Assembly (NCBI GenBank): GCA_030704615.1
Contig: CM060733.1
Coordinates: forward strand, 14,074,001 to 14,138,000
Source: Takakia lepidozioides
Taxonomy: Eukaryota; Plantae; Bryophyta
Reading direction: 5' to 3'
Length of the DNA: 64,000 bases
Under the pieces are notes generated by a model. The model made no database searches. It saw only the letters and a program-made list of their open reading frames with translations, and had not been told where the DNA came from. A program made the position numbers and the translations under genes. Positions 1 to 13,822 of the stretch are shown here, in pieces. Every line of letters starts with the position of its first letter. The stretch's first letter is position 1.

Positions 1-2343
1 CCAGCAACTTCTACAGTCTTGAATCCACCCTGCTTTCCATGCTATGCTAAGAGGTGACGGGAGGATTGTAGGACATTCTAGAATTCACCGCTATCTTTGT
101 GTTAGTCCATACTGGTTCTAAGGCTTTCTCCGTTGCTCTTTGTTCAGTAGCCCTCAAAATTGTTTTCTGTTTTCCTCTCTCCAAAACAATATTCTGGTGC
201 AATAGGAGGCTGCAGAATTGAGCTGCTCTTTGGATCAACCCAGTTAGCACCAGATCTTGATCGTACACTAAGCTTGTGGACGGTGTTTGTATGGTCTTCA
301 GGTGCTGCAAATTTGTGGGGTTTCATGCGCCAACACAAGCAGATTCATCAATCTTCCAGCCTACTGATATTTCGCTAAGAGGTCGAGGCGGTGGGGGATA
401 TTCTCCACCATAATGGAGCACGAATGATCTCCAAAGTGTATACAAGGGAATTCGGGCCCGCCGAGCAGACTCAGCTCCTCAATCCATTAGTCCTCCCTCG
501 GGAAATATTGGAGGGTGGGTAGTTGATCTTGTAGGTATGTGGTTGTTTTGCCAACTCTACCCTGCAAAGGGAACAACGAGTTGGAGTTGGTTCCAACTTC
601 CCCGTGAGTGTCTAGCTATCTCAAGGATTGCTAGTTAAGATCAGGGATCAGCCATCTTGGAGTGGTTGCAGGAATTAGGTGTTGAATAGCTTCAATTGAG
701 GTGTGTTTTGAAGTAGTGTTGGTGTAATCAAGACACTTGATTGTGCCTACTAACTTAGCAGAGTCTTCACCCTCACTGTTGACCTGGACCCTAACTGGGG
801 TTGCAGGAGGAACTGCTTCTTTGGGAAGAGCTGAGCAAGCAAGGCACTGTCATGACTCGCAGTAAGCCAGTGTGATTTATTTTTGGTAAACATTCAGGGC
901 CGATTGCGCAGGGTTCACACTGCTTCTGGAACTTCTGCTATTGATGAGTGCTATGTGAATCATGATAGCCAGGGTGGGAAAAAGAAACAAGTGGATTACT
1001 TAACTTGCTAAGGCCAAAAATCCAGGGGTACCAAAGTCGAACAAATTTGGAGAACCACAGAAAATCAAAGAACAAATCAACCACCAAATGGTGCAGGAAG
1101 GCGATGTCACCTGCATGTAAAATGTTAGTTGCTGCCAAAATTGCAGTGTGTTCTTGGGCACTTTGCAATTTGTGCTTCTACCCTTGCAGCAAAAACAGAG
1201 AAACCTAAGGACCAAAGGTACACACTTACAGCCAAGATTGCACCAGAGACTCAGAAGAACTGCATGAAGAACTGGCATGAAAGAGGGTAATCAAATGGTA
1301 CTTCAACAAAAGCACCTATTTGCTTAATAGTGTGCCTCATGCAGATATGCTGCTAAGAAGCATTTCTGAAAGATTGGGTATCGCGGAGATTATCCAACAG
1401 GTAAGTACAAGCTGACATCAAAATGCTGCATGCTGAGAGTGGGTTATGCTTAGGCACTCAAAAGAACGGCCTGGAGTTAGCTACATGGCCATACATGTTT
1501 AACCCTTAAACGGCAAGCCTACCCCTGCAAACCACCAGTGAAGAACATGTCATATCATTTCCAGTCAAAGCCAATGGAAGGCAGCCATTCGAGAATGTGA
1601 ATTTAGAATAGGCTCTTGCACACATTTTGTCATAACATAAGCCTAATTCAAGGTTATACATGCTTACACATACGGCGAGACTTCACACTTCCTACTCCAT
1701 ACTTCCGCCATGTAGATGTGTTCTTCCCTGCTTCAGGATGGTATATAATTGAGGCTAGAAAACACCTGCTCCCGGCGTTCTCACAGAGTATGAGCACCTC
1801 TCAGATCAAGGTCCCGCTTTACCAATAAAGCTTACTTTGAACAATCTAGCCCATTGAAACGCTTGCTTCACATTCTATTCCAACATCAATGCCATAAGAT
1901 GAAATGTCAGCCCTTACATCAATACTGAATCCCTTTCATAAGATTGTGCTAGTCTAGATTGATCGTGGGTGAGTTTTATGACATGGTAGATCAAAGACCC
2001 AGCTATGCTGGAAGGTAAGTACTATGCCCTCAAGGCCATGCAAAGCATCGTTCACAGGAGAGTAAAGACTCCATCTCTTTTCAGCAAAACAGCTTCTCCC
2101 ATCCATCATCATCTGCTCAGTAAAACCCTAAAACAATTCACAATGTACAAATGACTTGATTCCTCCAAGTGACCAATTCCAGAATGCAGCAAACAACTTC
2201 CTGAAATCTTGTCTCTCCCCTACGACGAAGCTGAAGCTCAGATCTCACAAAGACTGCACTGAAACTGGTTTAGAAACAGCGAACACGAAGCAATTGCCCA
2301 CCACAGCCGTGCGATCCCAACAGCTGCCCAGCTTCCCAAAGGA

Positions 2344-2634
2344 CTACTTCAAGTAGGCAGGACGGGCATCTTTTCCCCAGCCGACGTTCTTCAGAGAATC
2401 CATGTACTTCTTCACCAGTGGCCGGCACTTCTGCAAATGGTTCACACCCTCACGCCAATAGCAGTGCTGGACCCGCTCCCGCAGTATCTTCGACTTCTCG
2501 ATAGCCACCCACTTCTCCCTCACAATGTGCTCGCGCAGCTCCAGCATCGCCACAGGATCCGCATACGGCTGGGCCGGGTCGAAGTCATCGGGAGGGGTAT
2601 CGTCGAACTTGGGATGCTCTGCCTTGTACACCAT
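2344..2634 (-). CDS. NDUFB10: NADH:ubiquinone oxidoreductase (complex I) 1 beta subcomplex subunit 10 (PDSW)
   Basis: 96-aa uninterrupted ORF with plant NDUFB10 motifs FDPAQPYADPVAMLELREHIVREKWV and CYWREGVNHLQKCR...GWGKDARP. Confidence 0.93.
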   Translation of the reverse strand: MVYKAEHPKFDDTPPDDFDPAQPYADPVAMLELREHIVREKWVAIEKSKILRERVQHCYWREGVNHLQKCRPLVKKYMDSLKNVGWGKDARPAYLK

Positions 2635-2846
2635 CGCTGCTGCTCCTTTCTATAACCTTCCCTCTTACCCTTCTCTCTCACAACATGAGAGCAAGGAAAA
2701 ACAAGCATTTGGGTCGACGAGGAACAGGGGATTTCATCCTCAAGTCCTGCTGGATACGATGAATGTCGACCTACTGCGGAGAATAAGGAAGGAAGGAAAG
2801 AAAGAGAGAGAGAGAGAGAGAGGGAGTGAAGATTGTGGAGGAAGAC
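2635..2846. promoter_or_regulatory. Short divergent intergenic region between NDUFB10 and the ecdysoneless-like gene, with a (GA)n tract
   Basis: Start codons at 2634 (-) and 2847 (+) are separated by 212 bp; GA repeat at about 2803-2822. Confidence 0.6.
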
Positions 2847-5800
2847 ATGGCAGATGATGGCCTTGACGCTGTGGTCTACGACATTTACACCGATGCTGTG
2901 TTGGGTTCTTCTTCTCTGTCAGATTCTGCAGTGGTTGCGCAACTTGAGCAGCTCCGGGCGGCCTGTTTTGACATTGTAGCCCCGTTCACCAAGGATTATA
3001 TCTGGCAGCACCAGGCTTTTAACCTTGAATTGTCGTCTACTTCTCTCACGTCTTCTAGGCGGCCGTCTCATAGCCAAGCGGAGGATTTTGGGGAGGATGA
3101 CTTCTCGAGAGTTGTATCGTCTCCGACTGCGTCTGTTCCGCATCTTTCAGGAAAGACCCAATTCGGAGATAATATTGAAGACGAGTGGTTTGTCGTGTAC
3201 CTTCTGTATGAGATATCTCGGAAGCTTCATGGAGTCTCAATCACAGTGAGGGATGGTGATGGTGAATTCTTGCTGATAGAAGCAGCATACGCGATTCCTC
3301 GCTGGCTCAAGCCTGACAACAGCTGGAATCGTGTTTTTATAAGACAGGGCAGTCTTCACCTTCTCCCACTCTCCAATCTTCCTGTGAAACCTTCTGTAAG
3401 TGAAGCGTTAGAATTCATAACGAGTGGGAAGTCAAAGACAAAGGCATCTGATGCAGCTCAAGCATCCGTGTTGCGACGCATCGAAGATTACCCCAAGAAA
3501 GCACAGAGGGACATGCACAGAGTGCGCGTTACTGTCCCATTGCCAGTGGCTCAAATCCTAAAGCATGAGCCTCAGCTGGTTTCTCTGGCTGTGGAAGCTT
3601 TTTACCGTAGAGATATTGACTGCATGAAAGCGGCATCCCGCATGCAGAAGTTTCTACCAAAACAGGCTGATGGCCAGACAGAGATGGTGGATGTGGTAGT
3701 GTGCATGTCAAGAGCAATGTATGCCCAGCTGATACAACAGGTATTCCAGGCACCCCGAACCTACCCAATGCCTCCTCTCTCTTCTTCTCATTTTAAGGAC
3801 GCAGAGATTGGCATGAAACTCACCTGTGGATTTGAGATGTTGTACTCGGAACGGTCTACTTATGAGGCCCCGATCGATTCTACACGAACTTGTACCGTTG
3901 ATGCAAGTGAGGGGGTAGGTGCTAGCAATATAGAAGTTGGCAACTCCAACAGAAGGGAGGAAATTCCTGGAAGTGATGTCGGGTGGCAAGTGTTTAGGGC
4001 AAGCTTGGAGAACAGGGGTTATTTCAGGGGACTTTTGGAGGGCTCCAGGGAGCATCGGCAGCTGTTGCAAGCTGCAGTCCAGCGATACTATCAAACAAAA
4101 TTGTTCAAGCAAGTGAGGTGTGTGGCTGCAAGTTCTCTCTTGTTATGTGAGATGATCATGTGAAGTTTTGTGTACATTGAGCAAGAATGCACTGGTTGAG
4201 ACAACATGGGAACACCTTGGATTGTTGCGAAACCAGATCAAGCAAATTCAGTTGTCACAGTCAGGGTTTATCAGCAGTGAGGAGCTTGAAATATTTGTGC
4301 ACTTGCTGATGAACCTAGGATGTCGGGGACCCTGGAAAAATCCTCTTTTAAGTGATTGTCTTGGAATGATTAATATAGTGAGTGCTGCTGGTTATGTCAA
4401 ATTCTGATGAGTACTCTTGTCCAGCTGCCATTGCGAGGAAGCCGTGAAGGCTTTCTCACTTTTTTAGTGTTTTTTGTGACAGCTCGGCTATGCTCACCCC
4501 AATTCAGCGAATCCATGATATCCTTTCTATGCCACACACTCGGGCTGATTTCTCGTATTCAGATCTACAGCAGACTGACGATGAATCTTGGCTTTATGAC
4601 GGAGAAGTAGATCTCAAGAATGCTATTCTTGAAAGACAGAGGGAGATGGAAGCATACGAGGCAAAATCTGCTTCTCGCAAGGAGTCATCCAAGAAGCATT
4701 CAATGGAGGGTGATAGTCAGGGTCAGCCAGTAAACAGTGGGAAGGAATCACCATTCGATCCTGTGCAGCTGGTTCAAAGCATGAACTCCTTTGTGAGTAA
4801 GCTTTCAAGCTATGAAGGGGCTGAGTTACCTAATGGTGAGTGTACCCCTACACTGCAATCTTGGGCCCTCTGGGCTTACAGACCCATTTTTATTTCTCCT
4901 TTTTGTCTGTGCTTAAGTGGGACAAGAGGTGGTTGGGATGTGACACCAATTTACTGTGGTCACTGCTAAAATAGGTTCTCCTTCTGCGACTGGTTTGAGT
5001 CCACCTCTTGTCCTGGCTGTGCTTTGTGGTCCAGTTGTTGTTTTCATCGACCTTTTTCATTTGAAGAGTACAATTTAGTTCAGTGGGTGGGTATCTAATC
5101 AACCCTGTAACTGTCCTACTGTTGGGAGTGGTCTTGCACCATTTCAATTTGTCTCATATTACAGGATAGTGAGTTGCTAGCAGGTGGGATAGCTTACTTC
5201 ATAGTGGTCCATGAGTACATTTCCTGATAGTTTCCATGATATCTGACTCGTTTAGGTGTTGCTGCATGAAACAGATGAGGAGGTGTCAGTCAACATGTCA
5301 AGGTTTATGAAAGAGCTGGAGTCAGCTCTTGGCTTGAAAGAAATGTCGAACTTTCCACCACATACTGCTCCAAGCAATGAGTTCGACTCTTCTGCATCAG
5401 AGATGGACTTTGGTATGTTCAGGGAATCGTCCTTTGCTACATCGTGTACTTGGAGAGCTGGATATTTGTTTTATGGTTTAAATTGACATGTATGTTTCCT
5501 GATTTTTTCCAGACATGCTGCTGGTCCTAACCCTTAAACCTATATCACTGTGGCACTCAAACAAATGTGGTGATTGACTAGATAATTCGATCCCTCCCCT
5601 CACCATTCTTGTGGCTGCAAAAAGTAAGAGTGAAGCTCAACCCTGCGAATGGACAGTCGTTCTGCGGTAGCTTCATACTGGGTTTGTCACCCAATAGCCC
5701 ACAGGGTCACCTACGAGTACTGTGTCCTTGACTTCTTGTGAATGGAATATACGTATTGCTTTTTCTTCTTTTGGCCCTCTCTCCTTGCTCTGAGTGCTTT

Positions 5801-6515
5801 CTTTGTTGTTTGGTTGGCTACAGATGAAAGTGGTAGCGAGATCAGTGATGATGAGATGCCATGGCAGGACATGCCTTCTGGAGATTTTGCTGCAGCAAGT
5901 AGTGCTGGTAATAAGCGTGAAGCAGACAACAAAAAGAAATTTGCAGGCATTGATGGGTTTTTTGAGGAATATTCGGAGGCTTTGGATCGAGAATTGAACA
6001 TGACCAGTCTTGCCAAGAGCTTTGATCGAGCTGAGCATGCTGCGGAGCTACCTGAGGTTTTGCTCTATCCTTAAGATGTACTCATTGACCACAAGCACGG
6101 ATTGGAAGATGGAGGGGTGGCATTGCCATTACAACATCCTGACTTAAAAACTGACAGCCTATGTAGTGCGCAGGATTGAGTAGCTTATCATCTCAACTTT
6201 TAGTATTTCCGTTTCGGTTCAGGGTGTTATACCCCTTCTTGACAGTAAAGACCTTTTTGATATCACTGACAAAATGTGATCCACTCCTAAAAGCTGATGG
6301 ACTCTGGATGGGTGCAGACTACAACACGAACGGAGGTAGATGGAGAAGACCAAGATGTACTTCCTGTGGATATCGATGTGAACCTTGTGACAAGCCTTTT
6401 GCAATCCTACAGGTCCCAGCAAGGAATGCCAGGTCCAGCATCAAACTTGCTAGGTGCCATGGGCATAGACCTACCAGACCTTTCTGAGGACAAGCCTGAC
6501 AGAACAAGCAAATAG
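2847..6515 (+). CDS. ECD: Ecdysoneless/SGT1-family protein; exons 2847-4117, 4483-4835, 5275-5412, 5824-6056, 6318-6515
   Basis: Motifs YIWQHQAFNL, FGDNIEDEWFVVYLL, DGEFLLIEAA, DDESWL, SSYEGAE, and C-terminal PVDIDVNLVTSLLQSYRSQQGMPGPASNLLGAMG; four GT-AG introns with consistent phases. Confidence 0.92.
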
Positions 6516-7784
6516 AGATTTTGTGTGCCACCTCCGCCATTTCCTGAGCACCAACATCTCGCCTTGCTGGTAATGAACTCCTTCCTCTTCAGTGTCCAGT
6601 TTATTGACAAAGGCAAGTTTCATGTAAATCTATTTTCGTGTCAAAGGGACACATTTAGAAAATATGTTTCACTAGACTGAGCCTGATCACAAAAATGTAT
6701 GTCTTCAAAGCACATTTCAGCGGGGTCCCCGTTTCAATAGCGAGGCAACTCTTTGCCTTGCTCAGTCGCATAGTAGCCTACTCTTTCAAACAAAGTGGCA
6801 AAGCTTGTGGCTCAAATTTACTGTTGAGGCTCCCTCAAAAGGTAGTGGAGAGACTGGGCATCTGCTGGACCATTACAGTGGGCTCAGCCCACAGTTGAGC
6901 ACGTTAACTTGCACAAAGAAAACCTGGACCCAACCTTGCTGAATATGGCACAAATTTTTGAGGTGAAGAGTTGTGAAGACGTCTTGTGTACAGGAAGCTG
7001 TGCATCTGTGCTGGCCACCAGGATCACTGCCCAGTCTCTCCATTGCTGTGGAACAATTATACACCAGGAAGTACCTAATACCTCTGACACATGCAGGTGT
7101 GCAGGAAACGCATCCTTTGCAAGTGTTACCAGTACATACGGTGGGGACTACTTCCACTGCTATCTACTCACGGAGAGATTGTTGCTGCAGTCAGTGTTGC
7201 CCATCTCTAATTTCTCTGGCCAAATCATACGAAATTTGCACTGCATGAGGTTCTCTGCCTCAGCCAACGCTTTTTGGAATGATGGTGGGTAGACAGTGGG
7301 TTCGTCTGTGTACTTTGTAGACTTCAAAGGTTCTAGGAACCTCAAACTCTACAGACTTGAATCTTGTGAATTGGATCGCTGAAAGGGCCTCCGAGACCCG
7401 GAAGTATCTGTCTTTCCTGTGAATACAAGAAATGTCTTTTCCATGGTATACATAACCATGCAGTATTGCCGCACCTACTGTTATTTGGCTGTGGAGTAGT
7501 TGGATGGAAGGATTCTGGATGCTTCTCGTTCATGTGCTGGTTTTGGTTAATCAGTTTTAAAGATTATATCAATTTCATAAAAATTCAATGCATCGGAGCC
7601 CGATGAACGTATGACTAAGTTTTGGGATGAATGTGGTGGATGCAAGATCTGGGAGATCGTCGCCGTCGAGGAATTAGGGCTAGGACTGGGTGCATTGACA
7701 GCAAAGCTCTTCACCCTGTCGTTCTCTTTTCGTCTCTATGCCATCGCTGCGTGAGACGCTGCTGGTCTGGGCTGAGACGACACC

Positions 7785-9362
7785 ATGGTGCACGTCAGCT
7801 ACTATCGCAACTGTAAGTCACTCTCTCTCACTTACCACCTTATGCGTCTGCATCCCAATTTCTCGTCTTTCGTTGTTGGAAAACTTTTTCAATGAACTGA
7901 ATTCTGTTCCCCCCCCTGCACGGTGTTTTGCGGTAGGTGGTGTTTTTGTGTTTTTCTTACATAGAATGTGGAAGAAGAGCGCCCCAGTAGTCGATGCATG
8001 GAACCGCCAGAAAGTTGTTGGGGCTTGCTTTGTCTGATCCGTCCACCTTTGCATTCAGTGGGTTGGGGCGGTCGTTTTCGGTCCCTAGAAATGGTTGATA
8101 CGGTTCAGGCTACTGTTGAGGGTGGGGCGTTGCTATAGCAGACCTACATTCCTTTGTTTGTGCGGGTTTCTCGGCCATCACTAATACTCCAGATTGAAAT
8201 CCACACGGTTTATAGTGTTCGGAAAATCGTTGGGGAGGGTGTCCTTGATGTCTCATGGTGGCCGATCTTTCAGATAGCAAGTCATTTAAGAAGCCCCGGA
8301 GGCAATTTGAGAAGGAGCGACTGGACGCGGAGCTAAAGCTGGTGGGTGAGTATGGGCTCCGCAACAAGCGTGAGCTTTGGAGAGTGCAGTATGCTCTCAG
8401 CCGTATCCGCAAGAATGCCCGAGAATTGCTTACGCTGGATGAGAAGAACGCTCGCCGTATCTTTGAGGGAGATGCTCTCTTGCGGCGTATGAACCGCTAC
8501 GGTCTCCTTGATGAGAGTCAGAGCAAGCTTGATTACGTGCTGGCCCTTACTGTAGAGAACTTCCTGGAGCGCCGCCTCCAGACTCTTGTGTTCAAATCTG
8601 GGATGGCCAAGTCCATTCATCATGCCCGCGTTCTCCTCAGTCAGCGCCACATCAGGTCAGTTCTAGTATCTCTGCAGATTAAAGCTGAATTGGAAGTCTT
8701 GGAGGATGCGTCATTTGGCGGCTGCTGAAGTAGCCAACTCGAGCTGGATTTGTCTGTACCTTGGTTCCAAACTTTGCCTGGTCCTAGAGAGTTGATGTGC
8801 AAGCTCCATCTCTTAATGCCCTTATGCATTTCCTAGCTTGAGCAATCCATCAGGTGGTCCTCCTTGTGCAGAGGAGTCAAACATGGACATGATCCTATGT
8901 AGCTTGAAGTGACACCTAGAAGCCTGCCCCCTGTGAGTGTTGGTAGGTCTGATTCAGGCATCACATAGGCTCTCAGCTAGGCTCTCATCATCACATAGGC
9001 TCTCAGGACCAGGGGATTTTGCTGGACTAAAGCATTGATCTCTCACTTTTAAGCACTTTTAAGCCAGCCCCTTATTAGGGCTGCTAAGTTTGATTGGAGC
9101 AGGGGCAGATTCTTGCCGGTGGAATAGATGCTCACTATTTGTTCTGGAAATGTTGCCACTGTGATGATGCAGGGTTGGCAAGCAAATTGTTGACGTTGCA
9201 TCTTTTCTCGTCCGTGTAGACAGCCAAAAGCACATCGATTTTTCTCTTTCCAGTCCACTTGGTGGTGGCAGGCCTGGTAGAGTAAAGAGAAAGAATCTGA
9301 AGTCTGCATCCAAGAAAGCCTCTGGTGGGGATGGTGATGAGGAAGAAGAGGATGAAGATTAA
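7785..9362 (+). CDS. RPS9: 40S ribosomal protein S9 (uS4); exons 7785-7812, 8274-8655, 9173-9362
   Basis: Spliced product [43 protein letters not shown]...[10 protein letters not shown]...[41 protein letters not shown]...EEEEDED*; GT-AG introns in phase. Confidence 0.97.
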
Positions 9363-10723
9363 GAAGTCATAGCTGCTGCAAGGTAGATGCAAGAAGTGGT
9401 GTTGGCGAGTAATAGTATTTTCTTTGTCTATATCTGAAATGAAAACAGATCATTGACCAACTGATCGCTTTAAGTTTTGTGGTTTTGCCTACATTTCAAA
9501 GAGGGTGTATTTGTTGAGTGTTCTCTCAGGTTGTCTTGAGGTCTATCATAATGAGTAAAGGCTATAGAATTGGAGGTGAAGGGAGTAGGATATGAAGTAG
9601 AAGTTCAATGTGAAAGGAAAAGCATCGTCGACTGGGTGCATTGGGAAGGTCCCATTTACAGTCTACGAGTGCTACCACCGAATGGTGAGTTGTTTGCTGC
9701 ATGTGCTGGAAATGTTACTGGCTCAACAAATGTGGCAACCTGTTTGCCTCATTTTCGTCATGGACATCAGCTGTACATCTAATTCCTTACATTTCATAAT
9801 ATACCTGATCGGCATGTATTTAGTGAGATTCATTACAATTTTCTTGAATGGTTTGAAGCCTTTTTGGAGGTTTACATGGGATGTCATAAAATGAAAGTAT
9901 GAATCTGCTGAAGGAAGGTAGAGAGGATTGAGAGTCATCTGGTTTTGGCAGGTCAACAAGATAGCACATCTTCTCAAAACCTTTCAATACCCTATGAAAC
10001 CCACTTGTACTGACTTCAAGCCTGTGTCAGTGGAGTTTAACATGCAACACCACAATCTAGCTGGCACTGCATCCTTCAGTATGGAAAAGGTGTAATACTG
10101 CCAATGCTCTATCTGGATGTGCCCATCAGCAGCTCTAGATAGTTTCGGTTGCTTCTAAAGGATGCAAGTTATGAGAAGGAGGACTTGCTTACCATTGCTT
10201 GAACTATTCGTAGTTCCCTTCTCACACATATATGCATTCTAATAAGACTTGCATACTTATGTTGTTTCGTGGGCCATTGATTGACCTGCTATTTGTAGTT
10301 CTCTTAACAGCTGCAAGCCATGGCCTCTTCTCGCAAGTTAGGAAAGAGGCATCTGCTTGCTAGTTCATGGTTTGCTGAGTCCAACTTCATTTTCAAAATT
10401 TTCCAAGGCAATAAAAGTGGGCATTAGCAGGAGCCCAGTTGTAAGGATCCTTGAGGCATGTAAGAGTAGACTGAATTTGAGAATGGTGGCTTTAAAGTCA
10501 CTGAACAAGTGAACTAAAACATGAGGTACTTGGTACTTCGATACGAACTGGTAACCAAATAACTAATCAGTGAGGAGCAGCTTCATTAGCCCTAACTTAA
10601 CCAAAAGAGCACCACAAACTTTCTCCGTGTTTCCCCCTGCACGAGGTATGGAGAGAATGAACTTACACAGGAGGCACCAACCTTGAAGTTTTGTGTTTGC
10701 GAGGGAGGATTTAGGCAATAGCT

Positions 10724-13700
10724 ATGGCCGCTGGTGAAGCATCTACTCCGTCTCGGTGGGGTGTGATTCTTTTCGTTTCTGCGGCTCTCTGTGCGTGTTC
10801 GTCTGCTGCTGAAGAAGATTCCCACCTTGGGACCGTCCGTGTCGTCTTCCAGGTCCCCGTCCTTCTCTCTCTCACAAACCCAGACACTCGTCGACATTAT
10901 GCATATTTTTCACTGAATGCGAACTTCTGTTTCACCCTATTTTCGAGCGGGGAGATGTAGGCAAAGTTGTGGAAGGTCACACTCAAGCCGAATCCCACCC
11001 ATAAGGCAATGTTATGTCCAATGGACATGCCCTACTGACTTTCCTGCGCTGAATCCGATATATCCCACAGCTCCAGGGTTGTGAGTTTCGTCCCGAACTT
11101 CGTGTTCCAGTGAGTTGGTCAAACTTTTTTTTATAGCATGTGGCTTTTGTGCGCATCTGCTTGAAGGTTTTAAGATTTAGCACCTTTGTGGTCAGATCCT
11201 ACGCTTCAATGGACGAAAATGACTTCTTGACGAGGAGAGTAACTCATGCAACAGTTTACTTACTTTGGTCCAATTAGGCGATCAAATGTTTTGTGGAACT
11301 GCTGGAATGCAGTTTTTAAACACTACGGTACCTCTCAGTCGGGATTACTCTGCGTAAGGAATACTTCCAAGCTGGGTGTTTCCCACCTTGAGCGACATAT
11401 CACTTCCTTCCCACCTAGCCTTGGAAATAAATGAAAGTGGCTGGTGCAACATAGTAGGCCCAACTGCAACTTTTACAGAAACATCTGTGGAAGCATCTGA
11501 CATAAGTACAGGCTTGAACCTGTCAAGATGTTGCAGAAAATCTCCTCTTGAATTTGTCTCCAGGAAGTCATAGTATCCATAAAACTGTAGATGTTTGGAT
11601 AATGTTAACTATGGCATAAGGACCAGTGTCTGTTGTTCCAACTCTCCCCTTAACAGAGCCTTGCATAGGCAAATGTGCAATCTTAATAACTTTGCTTTGA
11701 TCAGATCCAACCCTCACATAAACAGATGAAAGATATAACTTCAATTTGCTTGCGCAGATGCTGAAGGTGCCCCAGCCTCGCCCAAGGCATGGTATTGGTT
11801 TTGATGGGGACAAACAGTTACTTGTGTCACTGGGTCCATAGCACTAATCTGAGGGCAGTGGAAAACCCTGGAGTGCAAGCCACATTTGGTTTCAAAGATG
11901 GGAAAGATTGACTTAGAAACCAGTAGTGTCAACGCTCTCAGGGGGGCCACTTGGTTGGGCATCAGTCCTTGTGGTCCGTAGGACTTCAGTTAGCAGCAGC
12001 AGTCTCCTATTAGGCGTGGGAAACTAGGATTTAGTGCCACTTCAGAATTCAGGTATAGATTTCCTACAATATTATTAATGAATATGATGGAAAAAGCTGA
12101 TGTCGGGCCCGATTGGTGCAGACAAACTATGGTGACATTGAGTTTGGATTCTATCCCAAGGTTGCCCCCAGGACTGTGGATCATATTCTGAAGCTGGTTC
12201 GGCTGGGTGCATACAATACAAATCACTTCTTTCGGGTGACTATCTCTCTCTTATTTTTGCCATTTGGGGAGGTCTTGTGTACCTTCCGGGATGAGAGTGT
12301 GGAGCCCTAACTGAGGGATTCCATGGCTGAAGGGCACACAGCTTTTCTTTTGCTCTCTTTCAGGTTCCTCTTGTAGTTAGACCGTGTCCTTGGAGATAAT
12401 AATCTTTTTGCTTCTTCGTCTTCTTCTTCTTCTAATCTCTTTGTCCCTCTGGTACCCTTACTCAATAATCTTGTGGCGACATGCAGGTGGACAAAGGATT
12501 TGTGGCACAGGTAGCAGATGTTGTAGGGGGACGGCAAGCGCCGATGAATCAAGAGCAGCATGAAGAAGCAGAGAAGACCGTTCCTGGCGAGTTCTCCAAA
12601 GTGAAACATGTTCGGGGGATTCTCTCAATGGGAAGGTAACTACTTCAGAACCAAGAAGGTTTCCTTTTATCTTAGTGAAGCACCTGACGAAATCTCAACC
12701 TATGGCAACATGTCAAGTTCCTGTCTTGGCAATGAACATATTTCTATCCAGATCTGGTATACATTCTCATCATTGTGGTTCTCTATTCCTGACACTAGTG
12801 TCCCTGTATGTGAGCAGACTGTGTTTTAAAATGTTGCATAACAAGGGACAGTGGCTGAGCAAGGAGACAGTAGAGCATTAGAATGTACTTTGTTTCCCAT
12901 AGCCTTGTGGCCATAGACCCTGCGCCCAGTCTGGACGGAAACATAGGGAATAGGTGTACCTTTGTGAGGGGCTCACTCCAGTAGTGTGACTTACCTTGAT
13001 ATAAATGGTAGAGCATTAGAGAAAGACTGCCGTCCTTCTTTATACGATGGCTGGTGGGTATGCAGGTACGATGACCCTGACAGTGGAGCATCATCGTTCT
13101 CTATTCTCCTGGGAAATGCCCCTCATCTTGATGGACAGGTCAGTCACCATGTACTTGTCTGTTGATGGTGAGAGAGAAGACTCCGGCCGAAGCCAGCATA
13201 AATAAGAGGCACTTCCCTTTGCGGTTTGTCTGTTGAGATTTTCTGTTGATGAGCTTGCAGACAGGAAACAAAAGTGGGACACTAAACATGTGCACAATGT
13301 GAAGGAATGATTGACCATTCCCTCTGTGCTGTGGCTGTGCTGCCTACAGCCTGTCATGGGTTTTTTAATCCCCTCAGCCTCAAGTCTTTGCACTTAGACA
13401 ATGACAATCCAGAGGCAGGGGTCATTGAATATTTGTTTCAGGGCTCGCAGTCACATCATACACGGCATCTACGTAACACCTTTTAAGACCACTGCTTAGA
13501 CTGTATTGAGGAAAGGCCAGACAGGTCATTTTGTAGGACGCCCGCATGTCATTGGCTTCAATTTCAATCATTGGCTGTGTTTGTGGTGCTGTTTAAGTAC
13601 CAATGAAAGACTTTGGTCAAATGTTTGGACATTGTGACAGTATGCTATCTTTGGAAAAATGACCAAGGGTGACGAAACACTTTCTAGGCTTGAGAAACTG

Positions 13701-13783
13701 CCAACCCGCACAGAAGGCATGTTTGTTATGGTGAGCTTGTCTTCCAATCCACTGAAATTAGTTGCATAAAAGAAGGAACCTGC

Positions 13784-13822
<39 letters not shown>

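Noticed and set aside
1-1410. Possible decayed coding sequence at the window start
   Set aside because: No recognisable motifs in any frame.
6873-7345. Overlapping ORFs between ECD and RPS9
   Set aside because: No domain recognised on either strand and no splice-supported gene model.
8656-9172. Intronic snoRNA or poison exon in RPS9 intron 2
   Set aside because: No convincing paired C/D or H/ACA structure; alternative AG sites exist but cannot be supported without RNA data.
9570-9782. WD40-like snippet (GPIYSLRVLPPNGELFAAC) downstream of RPS9
   Set aside because: Too short, has no ATG or exon context, and could be a chance match.
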